33,844 nt of DNA from Schleiferiaceae bacterium (GTDB lineage: Bacteria > Bacteroidota > Bacteroidia > Flavobacteriales > Schleiferiaceae), in assembly GCA_023260615.1 (NCBI GenBank), contig JALQUY010000001.1:24369-58212 (forward strand), in the 5' to 3' direction. The notes beneath the pieces are model-generated. The model worked only from the letters and a program-made list of their open reading frames with translations, had not been told where the DNA came from and made no database searches. The translations under genes were made by a program, and so were the position numbers. This document shows positions 1 through 8,484 of the stretch, one piece after another (positions within the stretch are counted from its first letter, which is position 1; each line of letters starts with the position of its first letter).

Positions 1-413
1 GGGACTACTGCGCCTGGTGCACGGTGCACCGTTTTGCCCGCGGTCCAGCTCCAAAAGTAGTCGGCCAGACCAAGGCCTTCCTCTCGCATTTTTAAGGTGG
101 CCTGGGCATTCTTAATGGCCCCACGGATCTTGGCTCGGTTCCGAATGATTCGAGCGTCCTGCGCCAAGCGTTCCACGTCTTCATCCGTCATGGCAGCCAT
201 TTTCACCACGTCAAAACCCTGAAATACCTCCGAAAAAGCGTCCCGCTTCCGCCACACCATGAGCCAGCTCAGACCGGCTTGGAAAGTCTCTAAGATGAGG
301 AATTCAAACATTTTGGCGTCGTTGTGGACGGGCAGTCCCCAGACTTCGTCGTGGTAGGCTTCGTAGTCAGGTGCGGATAGGCACCACGCACATTTAGGAG
401 CGGAGGTAGGCAT
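1..413 (-). CDS. tag: DNA-3-methyladenine glycosylase I (N-terminal ~137 codons; C-terminus lies beyond the window edge)
   Basis: Not in the ORF track because it runs off the edge. My minus-strand translation from ATG (413-411) reads [60 protein letters not shown]...[27 protein letters not shown]. It is collinear with E. coli Tag motifs (CxWC, YHDxEWGxP, LExxQAGLSW, IIRxRxKI). The start overlaps the 3' end of the upstream gene by 20 nt. Confidence 0.85.
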   Translation of the reverse strand, partial: MPTSAPKCAWCLSAPDYEAYHDEVWGLPVHNDAKMFEFLILETFQAGLSWLMVWRKRDAFSEVFQGFDVVKMAAMTDEDVERLAQDARIIRNRAKIRGAIKNAQATLKMREEGLGLADYFWSWTAGKTVHRAPGAVV

Positions 414-2295
414 CGAGGTCGGTTTTAGATTTCAGGACCAAAGTACAGGCCTGTAAGGTGCATACCTGACCATAAACGTCTGCCGGAAGCTCACAGGGGC
501 CCCAAAGCGGATGTTTCGGGCGCTGTTCAATCGTAAGACCTTCACGGATCAGTAGATGCTCTGCCGAATCTTCCGTCCAAGGAGCGAGGGCCCACCAGGA
601 CCACGCACGCTCGGCAGAAAGGGACTCATGCGATAGGGCGCGGTGCACCAGGGAGCGGGCACGTTCGACCCATTCAACTCGGCCGAGTAAATGGCCCAGA
701 CGCAGCAAGCAACTGGCCATCGTGGATTGCGCGCTCGGTAAGACATCGTCTTCCCAATCGTAGTGCACGAGGAAGGCGGGATCGTTCTGACGGTGTGCGG
801 CAAAGGCGTACGCCTCCCCGGTCCAGTGGGCATCTGCTGCATGTGCGAAGTCAGCTGCGCGGTGGAGCCAGACCACCTGTCCGGTGAGTTGGGCTACCGC
901 TATGCACGCATGCGCACTGGCGGCGAGATCGTCCAAGAAGGCCTGTCCTTCGGCGCTTTTTCCCGGGTACTTGACATGGGGACTGCCGGTGGGGCCCGGC
1001 TGAAACGTGGCCCAATGCGCTTCGGCGGATGCTAGCGCGAACTCTTTCCAGGCAGGGAAGAGGTGTGCCCCTTCCGCCAGTCCGCTGCAAATCCAGGCGT
1101 TCCAGGCCTGAATGCACTTGGGGTCGCGGAAGGGGAGGGGGCGCTCTAATGCGACGGACTTGAGGGCCTTTAGATAGGCCGTCCAATCTGAAGTGGGACG
1201 ACCCAGAGCTGGATGCCAATGTAGGATCCATCGGCCTTCCCAGGAAGCGCCTTGGGCTTCTAGGAGCTGCTGAAAGTGGGAAGCAGATTCGGCACCCAGT
1301 GCGTCCTCAAGCGCAGAATCCGTCCAGGTAAACGATCCGCCTTCCACTCCGTCGGTGTCTGCATCCATCGCGGCCGCAAACAAGCCATTTTCTAGAAGCA
1401 TTTCGCGCTGGAGCCATTCGGCGGTGCGTTCAAAGGCTTGGGCCGTCACTTCAGAAGGGGACTGAGCATGCAGGTGCGCACTCAACCGCAACCAAAGGCC
1501 ATTGTCATAGGCCATTTTTTCAAAGTGGGGCACCCTCCAAACGGCATCCGTACTGTAGCGGAACAGTCCGCCCCGGACTCCATCGTAGCTCCCCGAATGG
1601 AAAATCGCTTCCACCGTTTTTTCGGCCTGCTGCTGGATGGCGCGCTTTGCAGTTCCGGTCCCCTCCAGCGTCATAAGATGCACCCAATGACTGGGAAGGG
1701 GAAACTTTGGTGCCCCCTTGAAGCCTCCGTGGTCGAGGTCCCAACGAGCGCGTTCAGCGGCCACCATGTCCTCTGTCAGGACAGGCAGTTCCTCCTTCTG
1801 TGGAGCGGGAATGCGTGCCGCAGCCTCCAAGGCATCGGCCAAGCGTTGCGCATAGGGCGCCGCTACCTCTTGTTGGTTTTGCTGCACCTCCACGAGGCGC
1901 TCAAGGGCGCCCAGCCAACGAGATTTGGGCAGGTAGGTACTGGCCCAAACCGGTCGTCCATCGGGCAGGCAGACCACGTTTAGCGGCCATCCTCCTTGCC
2001 CGTTTAAGGCCAACGCCGCTTGCATGTAGGCGTGGTCTACATCGGGGCGCTCTTCGCGGTCGACTTTGATGTTCTTGAAGTGCTGATTCATGAAGGCGGC
2101 ACATTCGGCGTCTTCAAAAATCTCGCGCTCCATAACATGGCACCAATGGCAGGTCGAATACCCTATGCTCACCAGCAGCCACTGACCTTGTGCCGCAGCG
2201 GATTCCAAGGCTTCTGCGCCCCAAGGCCACCAATTGACGGGATTGTGCGCGTGTTGCTGGAGGTAGGCGCTCGAGGATTTGGCGAGTTGGTTCAC
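394..2295 (-). CDS. Thioredoxin-domain protein of the DUF255/YyaL family (N-terminal thioredoxin-like domain plus C-terminal alpha/alpha-toroid, N-acylglucosamine-epimerase-like)
   Basis: 633-aa ORF. The N-terminus [25 protein letters not shown]...[22 protein letters not shown] is the hallmark of DUF255/YyaL proteins. The start codon is GTG (2295-2293), and there is no in-frame ATG before the conserved N-terminus. Confidence 0.85.
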   Translation of the reverse strand: MNQLAKSSSAYLQQHAHNPVNWWPWGAEALESAAAQGQWLLVSIGYSTCHWCHVMEREIFEDAECAAFMNQHFKNIKVDREERPDVDHAYMQAALALNGQGGWPLNVVCLPDGRPVWASTYLPKSRWLGALERLVEVQQNQQEVAAPYAQRLADALEAAARIPAPQKEELPVLTEDMVAAERARWDLDHGGFKGAPKFPLPSHWVHLMTLEGTGTAKRAIQQQAEKTVEAIFHSGSYDGVRGGLFRYSTDAVWRVPHFEKMAYDNGLWLRLSAHLHAQSPSEVTAQAFERTAEWLQREMLLENGLFAAAMDADTDGVEGGSFTWTDSALEDALGAESASHFQQLLEAQGASWEGRWILHWHPALGRPTSDWTAYLKALKSVALERPLPFRDPKCIQAWNAWICSGLAEGAHLFPAWKEFALASAEAHWATFQPGPTGSPHVKYPGKSAEGQAFLDDLAASAHACIAVAQLTGQVVWLHRAADFAHAADAHWTGEAYAFAAHRQNDPAFLVHYDWEDDVLPSAQSTMASCLLRLGHLLGRVEWVERARSLVHRALSHESLSAERAWSWWALAPWTEDSAEHLLIREGLTIEQRPKHPLWGPCELPADVYGQVCTLQACTLVLKSKTDLDAYLRS

Positions 2296-2366
2296 AGGGC
2301 AAGATTAGGCCTTTCAGCGGGGATGGAAAAATAACATGGAATTAACCCTCCGGGGTGGAGAAGCGG

Positions 2367-2374
2367 TACTTTTG
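2367..2374 (+). promoter_or_regulatory. Bacteroidota sigma-A -7 box (TACTTTTG, perfect TAnnTTTG) 5 nt upstream of the PiT start codon
   Basis: Exact match to the TAnnTTTG consensus. No clear -33 TTG at the expected spacing. Confidence 0.35.
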
Positions 2375-2379
2375 CGCTC

Positions 2380-4590
2380 ATGGATTCGTACTTACTCCTG
2401 GTAGTCTTATTGTTTTCGCTCAGCGCGTTAGGTCTTATTGTAGGCGTATCAAACGACGCGGTGAATTTTTTGAATTCGTCCATTGGCTCCAAAGTGGCCA
2501 AAATGCGAACCATCCTCATCGTTGCGAGCCTAGGGGTGTTGTTAGGCACCACATTCTCGAGCGGTATGATGGAAGTGGCTCGTAAGTCCGTCTTTAATCC
2601 AGGCTACTTCAGCTTCCATGCTCTGATGTTCATCTTCGTGGCGGTCATGCTCACGAATGTCATTTTGTTGGACATCTACAACAGCTTAGGCTTGCCGACC
2701 TCCACGACGGTTTCCTTGGTCTTTACCTTGTTTGGAGCGGGTGCCTCGATTGGTTTCTTGACTGCGCTTGAAGGGGGCTTAGACCCCTTTGCGTTTTCCG
2801 ATTACATCAACGTCAACACCACCGTAGACATCGTCCAGGGTATTTTCTCCTCGGTGGGAATTGCCTTTGCAGCCGGTCTACTCATTCAATGGTTGGCGCG
2901 TTTAGCGTTCACGTACCGATTGGACCAAACGCTGTCCAAACTCGGGGGCATCTTCAGCGGTATTGCCGCAACGCTGATCATCAACTTTTTGATTTTTAAA
3001 GGCCTGAAGGGTTCCTCCTTTTTGACCAAAGACACAGTTTCGTGGCTGTTAGAGCATCAAAATACGATCCTCGGCATCCTCTTCTTGATCTTCACAGCGA
3101 TCGGACAGTTCTTGATTGCCGTGCCTAAAATCAACCCGCTTCGCTTCATCGTTTTGCTGGGCACGTTCTCCCTCGCAATGGCTTTTGCCGGAAACGATTT
3201 GGTCAACTTCATCGGTGTAGCCGTTGCAGCCTACCAGGCCTACGGCATGTTTGCGGATGCGGGCATCGATGCGCATGAGCTCATTATGGACAGTATGGCC
3301 AAGGAGGTGTCTACCCCGACCTACATCCTCATACTGGCAGGTCTCATCATGATTTTCACCCTTTGGACCAGCGCAAAGGCCCGCAAAGTTTCTGCGACCC
3401 AAATTGGCCTATCCCGCCAAGGAGAAGGCTCCGAAAAATTCAAACCCAACACCTTGTCGCGCATGCTCGTTTCTGCCGCCGGTGGGTTTAATCAGACCAT
3501 GGCGGCTTTGAGCTCGGCCAAATTTCAAACGTGGACGGATGAGCGTTTCCAAACCCTTCCTAGTTCCCAAGAAAAAGACGCCCCAGCCTTTGACTTGCTG
3601 CGTGCGGCAGTCGATCTTATGGTCGCGAGTTCCTTGATCGCCTATGCGACGAGCCTTGGTTTGCCCTTGAGCACCACCTACGTCGTATTCATGGTGGGAA
3701 TGGGTTCTTCTTTGGCGGATCGTGCCTGGGGACGTGAAAGTGCCGTCTACCGGGTGGCAGGTGTGGTGAACGTCATTGGCGGTTGGCTATTGACGGCTGC
3801 CGTAGCCTTCATTGCCTCTGCCTTGTTCGCTGCCTTCCTCTTCTACGGCGAGTTCATTGCGGCACTCATTTTAACCGTATTCGCCATAGGAATGATTGTT
3901 CGTTCCAATATGGGATTTGCCAAGAAGATGGAGTCCGAAAATTTGGTGGACGACGAAGTGGACAATTTGGTCCGAACGAGCGACCCCGTTGGTTTGAGCC
4001 GAAACCTCATGGCCGCCGACATTCGCCGCTCTGCCAACATCGTTGCCATGGCGGGCGAGGCCCTGGTGGCCAAGCAGAAGCGCAGCAGTATTCGGTTGAA
4101 CAAAGAAATCGAAGCAGTCGTCAAACGCCAGCGCAGCCTGGAGTTGAAAATGACGCGCGTGCTCAAAGAGTTAAAGCTCGACGAAGGCGGCCAAGCCTCC
4201 GTGCACCTGATGGCCTACGATTACATCTGCGACCTCAGCCAATCGGCGAGAATCATGGTCGAAGAGCAGTACAACCACTTGGCCAATTTCCACAAGGAGC
4301 CACACGGGGGATTCCTATTGGCCTACGGTGACATTCTGAACCTCTTTACGCCCTACATGAACCGCATTGTAGCGGCCCTCGAATCGGGCAAAGCGGTACC
4401 GCATGCGGACCTTCTCAATGCCAAACGCCAAATTGTCCTGGACATCAACCGCGCATTGGAATTGGACGTTCAACGCTACCGCCAAGGCGAATTGACGACG
4501 CGTCAGACACATCTGCAAACCAAACTCCTTCTGGAGTTACGTGACATCACCGCCCTGGCCTACCGGGTGCACAAGGTGTATTTTGGCTAG
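2380..4590 (+). CDS. Inorganic phosphate transporter, PiT/PHO4 family, with a long soluble helical C-terminal extension
   Basis: 736-aa ORF. It carries two PiT signature repeats (GVSNDAVNFLNSSIGS near the N-terminus and AGNDLVNFIGVAVAAY mid-protein) and many hydrophobic helices. The last ~215 aa are hydrophilic and helical. Confidence 0.85.
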   Translation: MDSYLLLVVLLFSLSALGLIVGVSNDAVNFLNSSIGSKVAKMRTILIVASLGVLLGTTFSSGMMEVARKSVFNPGYFSFHALMFIFVAVMLTNVILLDIYNSLGLPTSTTVSLVFTLFGAGASIGFLTALEGGLDPFAFSDYINVNTTVDIVQGIFSSVGIAFAAGLLIQWLARLAFTYRLDQTLSKLGGIFSGIAATLIINFLIFKGLKGSSFLTKDTVSWLLEHQNTILGILFLIFTAIGQFLIAVPKINPLRFIVLLGTFSLAMAFAGNDLVNFIGVAVAAYQAYGMFADAGIDAHELIMDSMAKEVSTPTYILILAGLIMIFTLWTSAKARKVSATQIGLSRQGEGSEKFKPNTLSRMLVSAAGGFNQTMAALSSAKFQTWTDERFQTLPSSQEKDAPAFDLLRAAVDLMVASSLIAYATSLGLPLSTTYVVFMVGMGSSLADRAWGRESAVYRVAGVVNVIGGWLLTAAVAFIASALFAAFLFYGEFIAALILTVFAIGMIVRSNMGFAKKMESENLVDDEVDNLVRTSDPVGLSRNLMAADIRRSANIVAMAGEALVAKQKRSSIRLNKEIEAVVKRQRSLELKMTRVLKELKLDEGGQASVHLMAYDYICDLSQSARIMVEEQYNHLANFHKEPHGGFLLAYGDILNLFTPYMNRIVAALESGKAVPHADLLNAKRQIVLDINRALELDVQRYRQGELTTRQTHLQTKLLLELRDITALAYRVHKVYFG

Positions 4591-4713
4591 GGAGCTTGGG
4601 AGCTAGAGAGCTCGCGCTTCGTGCTGTGGCTAGGAAGCTGGAGAGCTAGAAAGCACGTACTACGCACTGAGGCTAGAGAGCTCGCGCTTCGCGCTGAAGC
4701 CTTTCGCTTAAAC
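4585..4713. repeat. Degenerate 43-nt periodic repeat with five GCTAGRRAGC cores and a 25-nt near-identical direct repeat
   Basis: GCTAGRRAGC occurs at 4586, 4602, 4629, 4645 and 4672, with spacings of 16/27/16/27 nt. The 25-mers at 4602-4626 and 4672-4696 are identical at 24/25 positions (gctagagagctcgcgcttcgYgctg). Units 4585-4627 and 4628-4670 match at 32/43 by my hand alignment. Confidence 0.7.
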
Positions 4714-4783
4714 GTTTAATCTCTTTTACCCTTAAACCGTTTGGTGCACCTTCGCCGCGCGCCGGGACTTTCCGTTTATTTGC

Positions 4784-4807
4784 CAAGCCCTCAAGCCCTC
4801 AAGCCCT
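4784..4807. repeat. Tandem octamer CAAGCCCT x3 spanning the dipeptidase stop codon
   Basis: Three perfect head-to-tail copies at 4784-4791, 4792-4799 and 4800-4807. The minus-strand reading AAG GGC TTG AGG GCT TGA gives the C-terminal KGLRA*. Confidence 0.9.
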
Positions 4808-6173
4808 TCGCGAAATACCGGTAAAACAAAGGAATCGTTTCGATGCCTTTGAAGTAGTTGGCGACGCCGTAGTGCTCGTTCGGGGAGTGAATGGCATCGC
4901 TGTCCAAACCAAAGCCCATGAGGATGCTCTTGACACCCAACTCTTGCTCAAACAGCGCGACGATAGGTATGGAGCCGCCACTTCGAACGGGCACGGCTTT
5001 TTGACCAAAGGAATCGCTCAAAGCCTGAACCGCCGCTTGGTAACCGGGATGGTCCGTGGGGCAAACGTAGGGTTGACCTCCGTGGTGGGGAGTGACTTTG
5101 ACGGTTACACCGGCGGGCGCGATGGAAACAAAGTAATCGCTGAAGAGCTGGGTGATTTCGTCTGGATCTTGGTGGGGCACCAGGCGCATGGAAATTTTCG
5201 CGTAGGCCTTAGAGGCGATGACGGTTTTGGCGCCGGCACCCGTGTAGCCGCCCCAGATGCCGTTGACATCTAGGGTGGGACGAATGCTGTTGCGCTCCAT
5301 CGTGCTGTAGCCGGCTTCACCCGCCACATCTACGAGGTCAAGGGCCTTTTTGTAGGCGTCCAGCGAGAAGGGAGCTTGGGCCAGTTCGGCGCGTTCCGCC
5401 TCGCTCAGCGTTTCCACTTTGTCGTAAAATCCAGGAATGGTAATGCGCTTGCGGTCGTCATGCAAGCGGGCAATCATTTCGGTCAGGGCGTTGATGGGGT
5501 TGGCCACAGCGCCACCATACAGGCCCGAATGCAAATCGCGGTTGGGACCCGTCACCTCGACTTCCACATAGCTCAAGCCGCGTAGGCCCGTTGTTAGGGA
5601 GGGAACCCCGGGGGCGACCATGCCGGTGTCTGAAATCAAAATCACGTCACAGGCTAAACGCTCCTGGTTGCGCTTCACATACCAGGCGAGGTTGGCGGAA
5701 CCCACTTCTTCCTCGCCTTCAATCATGAATTTGATGTTGCAGGGCACATTGCCGGTGGCGACCATGGCCTCAAAGGCCTTGACATGCATAAAAAACTGGC
5801 CTTTGTCGTCGCAGGCTCCGCGGGCAAAAATGGCGCCGCCGGGATGAATGTCCGTGACCCGAATTTCGGGCTCAAAGGGCGGGCTGCTCCACAGTTCCAC
5901 GGGATCCGCAGGCTGAACGTCGTAGTGGCCGTACACCAATACAGTAGGGCGTTCGGGCGAAACCAGGTATTCGCCGTATACCACGGGGTAGCCAGGGGTC
6001 TCGCACACTTCTACCGCAGAGGCTCCCGCTTCGCGCAAGAACTGCGCCGTGGCCTCTGCCGTAGCCAAAACATCCGATTTATACGCAGGATCTGCACTCA
6101 CACTAGGCAATCTGAGCAAAGCAAAGAGTTCATCCAGAAAGCGTTGACGATTTTCAGCAATGTAGTTTTCCAT
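4791..6173 (-). CDS. M20-family metallo-dipeptidase (ArgE/DapE/ACY1/CPG2 superfamily)
   Basis: 460-aa ORF. VLVYGHYDVQPADP, GACDDKGQ and FMIEGEEEVGS are the metal-binding and catalytic motifs typical of M20 dipeptidases. ATG start. Confidence 0.85.
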   Translation of the reverse strand: MENYIAENRQRFLDELFALLRLPSVSADPAYKSDVLATAEATAQFLREAGASAVEVCETPGYPVVYGEYLVSPERPTVLVYGHYDVQPADPVELWSSPPFEPEIRVTDIHPGGAIFARGACDDKGQFFMHVKAFEAMVATGNVPCNIKFMIEGEEEVGSANLAWYVKRNQERLACDVILISDTGMVAPGVPSLTTGLRGLSYVEVEVTGPNRDLHSGLYGGAVANPINALTEMIARLHDDRKRITIPGFYDKVETLSEAERAELAQAPFSLDAYKKALDLVDVAGEAGYSTMERNSIRPTLDVNGIWGGYTGAGAKTVIASKAYAKISMRLVPHQDPDEITQLFSDYFVSIAPAGVTVKVTPHHGGQPYVCPTDHPGYQAAVQALSDSFGQKAVPVRSGGSIPIVALFEQELGVKSILMGFGLDSDAIHSPNEHYGVANYFKGIETIPLFYRYFAKGLRA

Positions 6174-6224
6174 AGCCCCAAGATACTGACCATCCCAAGG
6201 TTTGCAGTACCTTAAGGGTCTCTT

Positions 6225-8477
6225 ATGCGCCGAATTTTAACCCGACTTTTTGCCGCAGCAAGCCTCCTTCTTTTGAGTGTGGGGCCAGTGGAGCTTTTGG
6301 CCCAAAACATCACGGTCAACAACACCAGTCCACGCAACCAACCTATGTGGCTGGTTCAGAATGTGATGGTGGGGCCCAACATGACCGTCTTTAGTCCTAT
6401 AGGCCCTCTGGGTACCCCTATCAGCCAGCCTTCCTCAACCCAAATTGGCAAGTTCAACATCAACAACCCCAACTTTGGCTTGGACAGTGGCATTGTCATG
6501 GTGAGTACCGATGCCATTGATGTAGTGCCGGGGCAGTTTGGAACGTACACCAGCTATCCGACCCAAACGCCCTCCGCCAACCTCACCACCGTACTTAATG
6601 CGATCGGTAGCAGCAGCTCTAACCAGTACGACCGTGCGAGCATACAATTCAGCTTTGTGGCCCCGGGGGATTCGGTCAAGTTTGACTACATCTTCGCCTC
6701 TAAAGAATACACCTCCTACACGTGCTCTTCCTTCAATGACGTATTTGGCTTCTTCCTCATTGGCCAAGGCATCAATGGACAGCCTTTGTGGAATGCCAAC
6801 GGTACCCCCAATATTGACACCGTTAACTTGGCGGTAATTCCCGGAACGACGACGCCAGTGGCAGTGAACACCATCAACCAAGGCTATCCATCGGGCAGCT
6901 GGCCGGCGAGTAACTGCTCCAGTGCCAACCCCAACTATGTCACGAACTCGGTCTTCTACAATGCCAACAGTGGGGGTACGTCCATTATCAATATGGAGGG
7001 CTACACGGATGTCTTTACGGCGAAGGCTTCGGTGTCCTGCGGTTCGCTCTACACCATTAAGATGTTTATCTGCGATGTGAGCGATGGCGCGTTGAATTCG
7101 GCGGTCTTTATTGGCGCCCGAAGCTTTGAGTTGCCAACCATCAGCTTGAGCCAGGCGTGGAACCAAGGCAATACCTTCAACGACAGCACGATGATTGAGG
7201 GCTGCCAGCCTTCGTGGTTGTATTTGGACCGACAGGGTGCGGTCTTTGATACCATGGTGGTGGACTTTGTCTACGGCGGTACGGCCGTTTCTGGCACGGA
7301 CTACGCGCCGCTGCCGTCTTCCATAACACTCTTACCGGGCCAAACGCGCGATTCGATCCAAATTTGGGCCTACGACGATGGCGTGGCGGAACCCAACGAA
7401 ACCATCAGCATTGTCATGCAACCGGTGACCACCAACTGTGCGGTCTACCCTGCACAGTACAAGACTTTTGTTATTCGGGACAAGGTGTCAGTAACCGTGG
7501 ATGCGACGGTGGGAGCGGGCAACGATACTTTGTCATGTCCGGGCCAGCAATCGACGCTCTTGGGCACCTTTACCACAGGCGAGGGCAACACCACCGGCTG
7601 GTGGGAAACGGATACCGCAGGAGGTGTTCAATTGACCGTCAATCCACTCACAACCACCACCTACCACTTCTACGGCATCGACGAATGCATGACAGCGGCG
7701 GCGATGGATAGCATCACCATTTACGTGCTCCCGTACGATTCGGTCGAAACGTATTCAGACACCACGTGGATTTGCCCAGGCGAGTCGGTGGAAATCCAAG
7801 CGCGTGCCCGCTACGGCACGGAACCACTTACCTACACCTGGCTGTCCGGCCCTGTAGATTCTCTCTGGACCGTGACACCTAGCGCGAGTCGTTGGTACCC
7901 GTACAAAGTGGTGGACCAATGTGGGTTCACGACGTGGGACAGCGTTTGGGTTGGGGTAGCCCCCTTGCCCGGCGCAGCCTTTACGTACTATCCCAATCCG
8001 AGCAATCCCCTGAATGTGCAATTCACCAACCAGTCAAGTGACACCAACTACGTGGCGTGGTACTTTGGTGATGGAGATGTATCGGCGGACGTCGATCCGC
8101 AGCACTCCTACAGCAAGCCGGGCACCTATCGGGTTTCCTTGGCGGTGGCGGACAGTTTGGGATGTTCCGATTCGGTGACAGTAGACATCGAACTCCGAAT
8201 GGACTACTACGTCTACATTCCAACGGCCTTTACGCCCAACGGGGATATCGTCAACGACCGGATCAAAGTGGAGGCGCTCGGCATTGAAGGCCTGCAATGG
8301 GACATCTTCAACCGCTGGGGACTCAAGGTGTTCTCCACGTCGGATTTGGCCGAATCGTGGGACGGCACCTATGGCGGTCAACCCGTGCCGGAGGGGGTTT
8401 ATTCCTACAAGCTGCTGATTTATTTGCCTTTCGGCAACATCGCGGAAGAGCACGGCACCTTCACGCTGATTCGCTAA
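6225..8477 (+). CDS. Secreted multidomain surface protein: choice-of-anchor-L-like N-domain, Calx-beta-like and PKD-like domains, and a T9SS type B C-terminal sorting domain
   Basis: 750-aa ORF with a signal peptide (MRRILTRLFAAASLLLLSV...AQ). FSFVAPGDSVKFDYIFASKEYTSYTCSSFNDVFGFFL resembles choice-of-anchor L. GGTAVSGTDYAPLP...AYDDGVAEPNETISI resembles Calx-beta. FGDGDVSADVDPQHSYSKPGTYRVSL resembles PKD. The C-terminal YIPTAFTPNGDIVNDRIKV...FNRWGLKVF...WDGTYGGQPVPEGVYSYKL is the gliding-motility-associated (type B) CTD. Confidence 0.85.
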   Translation: MRRILTRLFAAASLLLLSVGPVELLAQNITVNNTSPRNQPMWLVQNVMVGPNMTVFSPIGPLGTPISQPSSTQIGKFNINNPNFGLDSGIVMVSTDAIDVVPGQFGTYTSYPTQTPSANLTTVLNAIGSSSSNQYDRASIQFSFVAPGDSVKFDYIFASKEYTSYTCSSFNDVFGFFLIGQGINGQPLWNANGTPNIDTVNLAVIPGTTTPVAVNTINQGYPSGSWPASNCSSANPNYVTNSVFYNANSGGTSIINMEGYTDVFTAKASVSCGSLYTIKMFICDVSDGALNSAVFIGARSFELPTISLSQAWNQGNTFNDSTMIEGCQPSWLYLDRQGAVFDTMVVDFVYGGTAVSGTDYAPLPSSITLLPGQTRDSIQIWAYDDGVAEPNETISIVMQPVTTNCAVYPAQYKTFVIRDKVSVTVDATVGAGNDTLSCPGQQSTLLGTFTTGEGNTTGWWETDTAGGVQLTVNPLTTTTYHFYGIDECMTAAAMDSITIYVLPYDSVETYSDTTWICPGESVEIQARARYGTEPLTYTWLSGPVDSLWTVTPSASRWYPYKVVDQCGFTTWDSVWVGVAPLPGAAFTYYPNPSNPLNVQFTNQSSDTNYVAWYFGDGDVSADVDPQHSYSKPGTYRVSLAVADSLGCSDSVTVDIELRMDYYVYIPTAFTPNGDIVNDRIKVEALGIEGLQWDIFNRWGLKVFSTSDLAESWDGTYGGQPVPEGVYSYKLLIYLPFGNIAEEHGTFTLIR

Positions 8478-8484
8478 AAGCGTC

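Noticed and set aside
4585-4713. The possibility that the periodic repeat is a small CRISPR array.
   Set aside because: There are only 2-3 degenerate units, and the repeats diverge by ~25% rather than being near-identical. The material between the cores is itself part of the repeat, not unique spacers. No cas genes or leader are nearby.
4588-4725. In-frame continuation after the PiT TAG stop, with 44 sense codons before a TAA, suggesting stop-codon read-through or recoding.
   Set aside because: An open stretch of this length after a stop is not statistically unusual in GC-rich DNA. The extension is simply the translated repeat and has no protein-like features. TAG is used as an ordinary stop elsewhere in the window, for example in the TPM gene at 12878.
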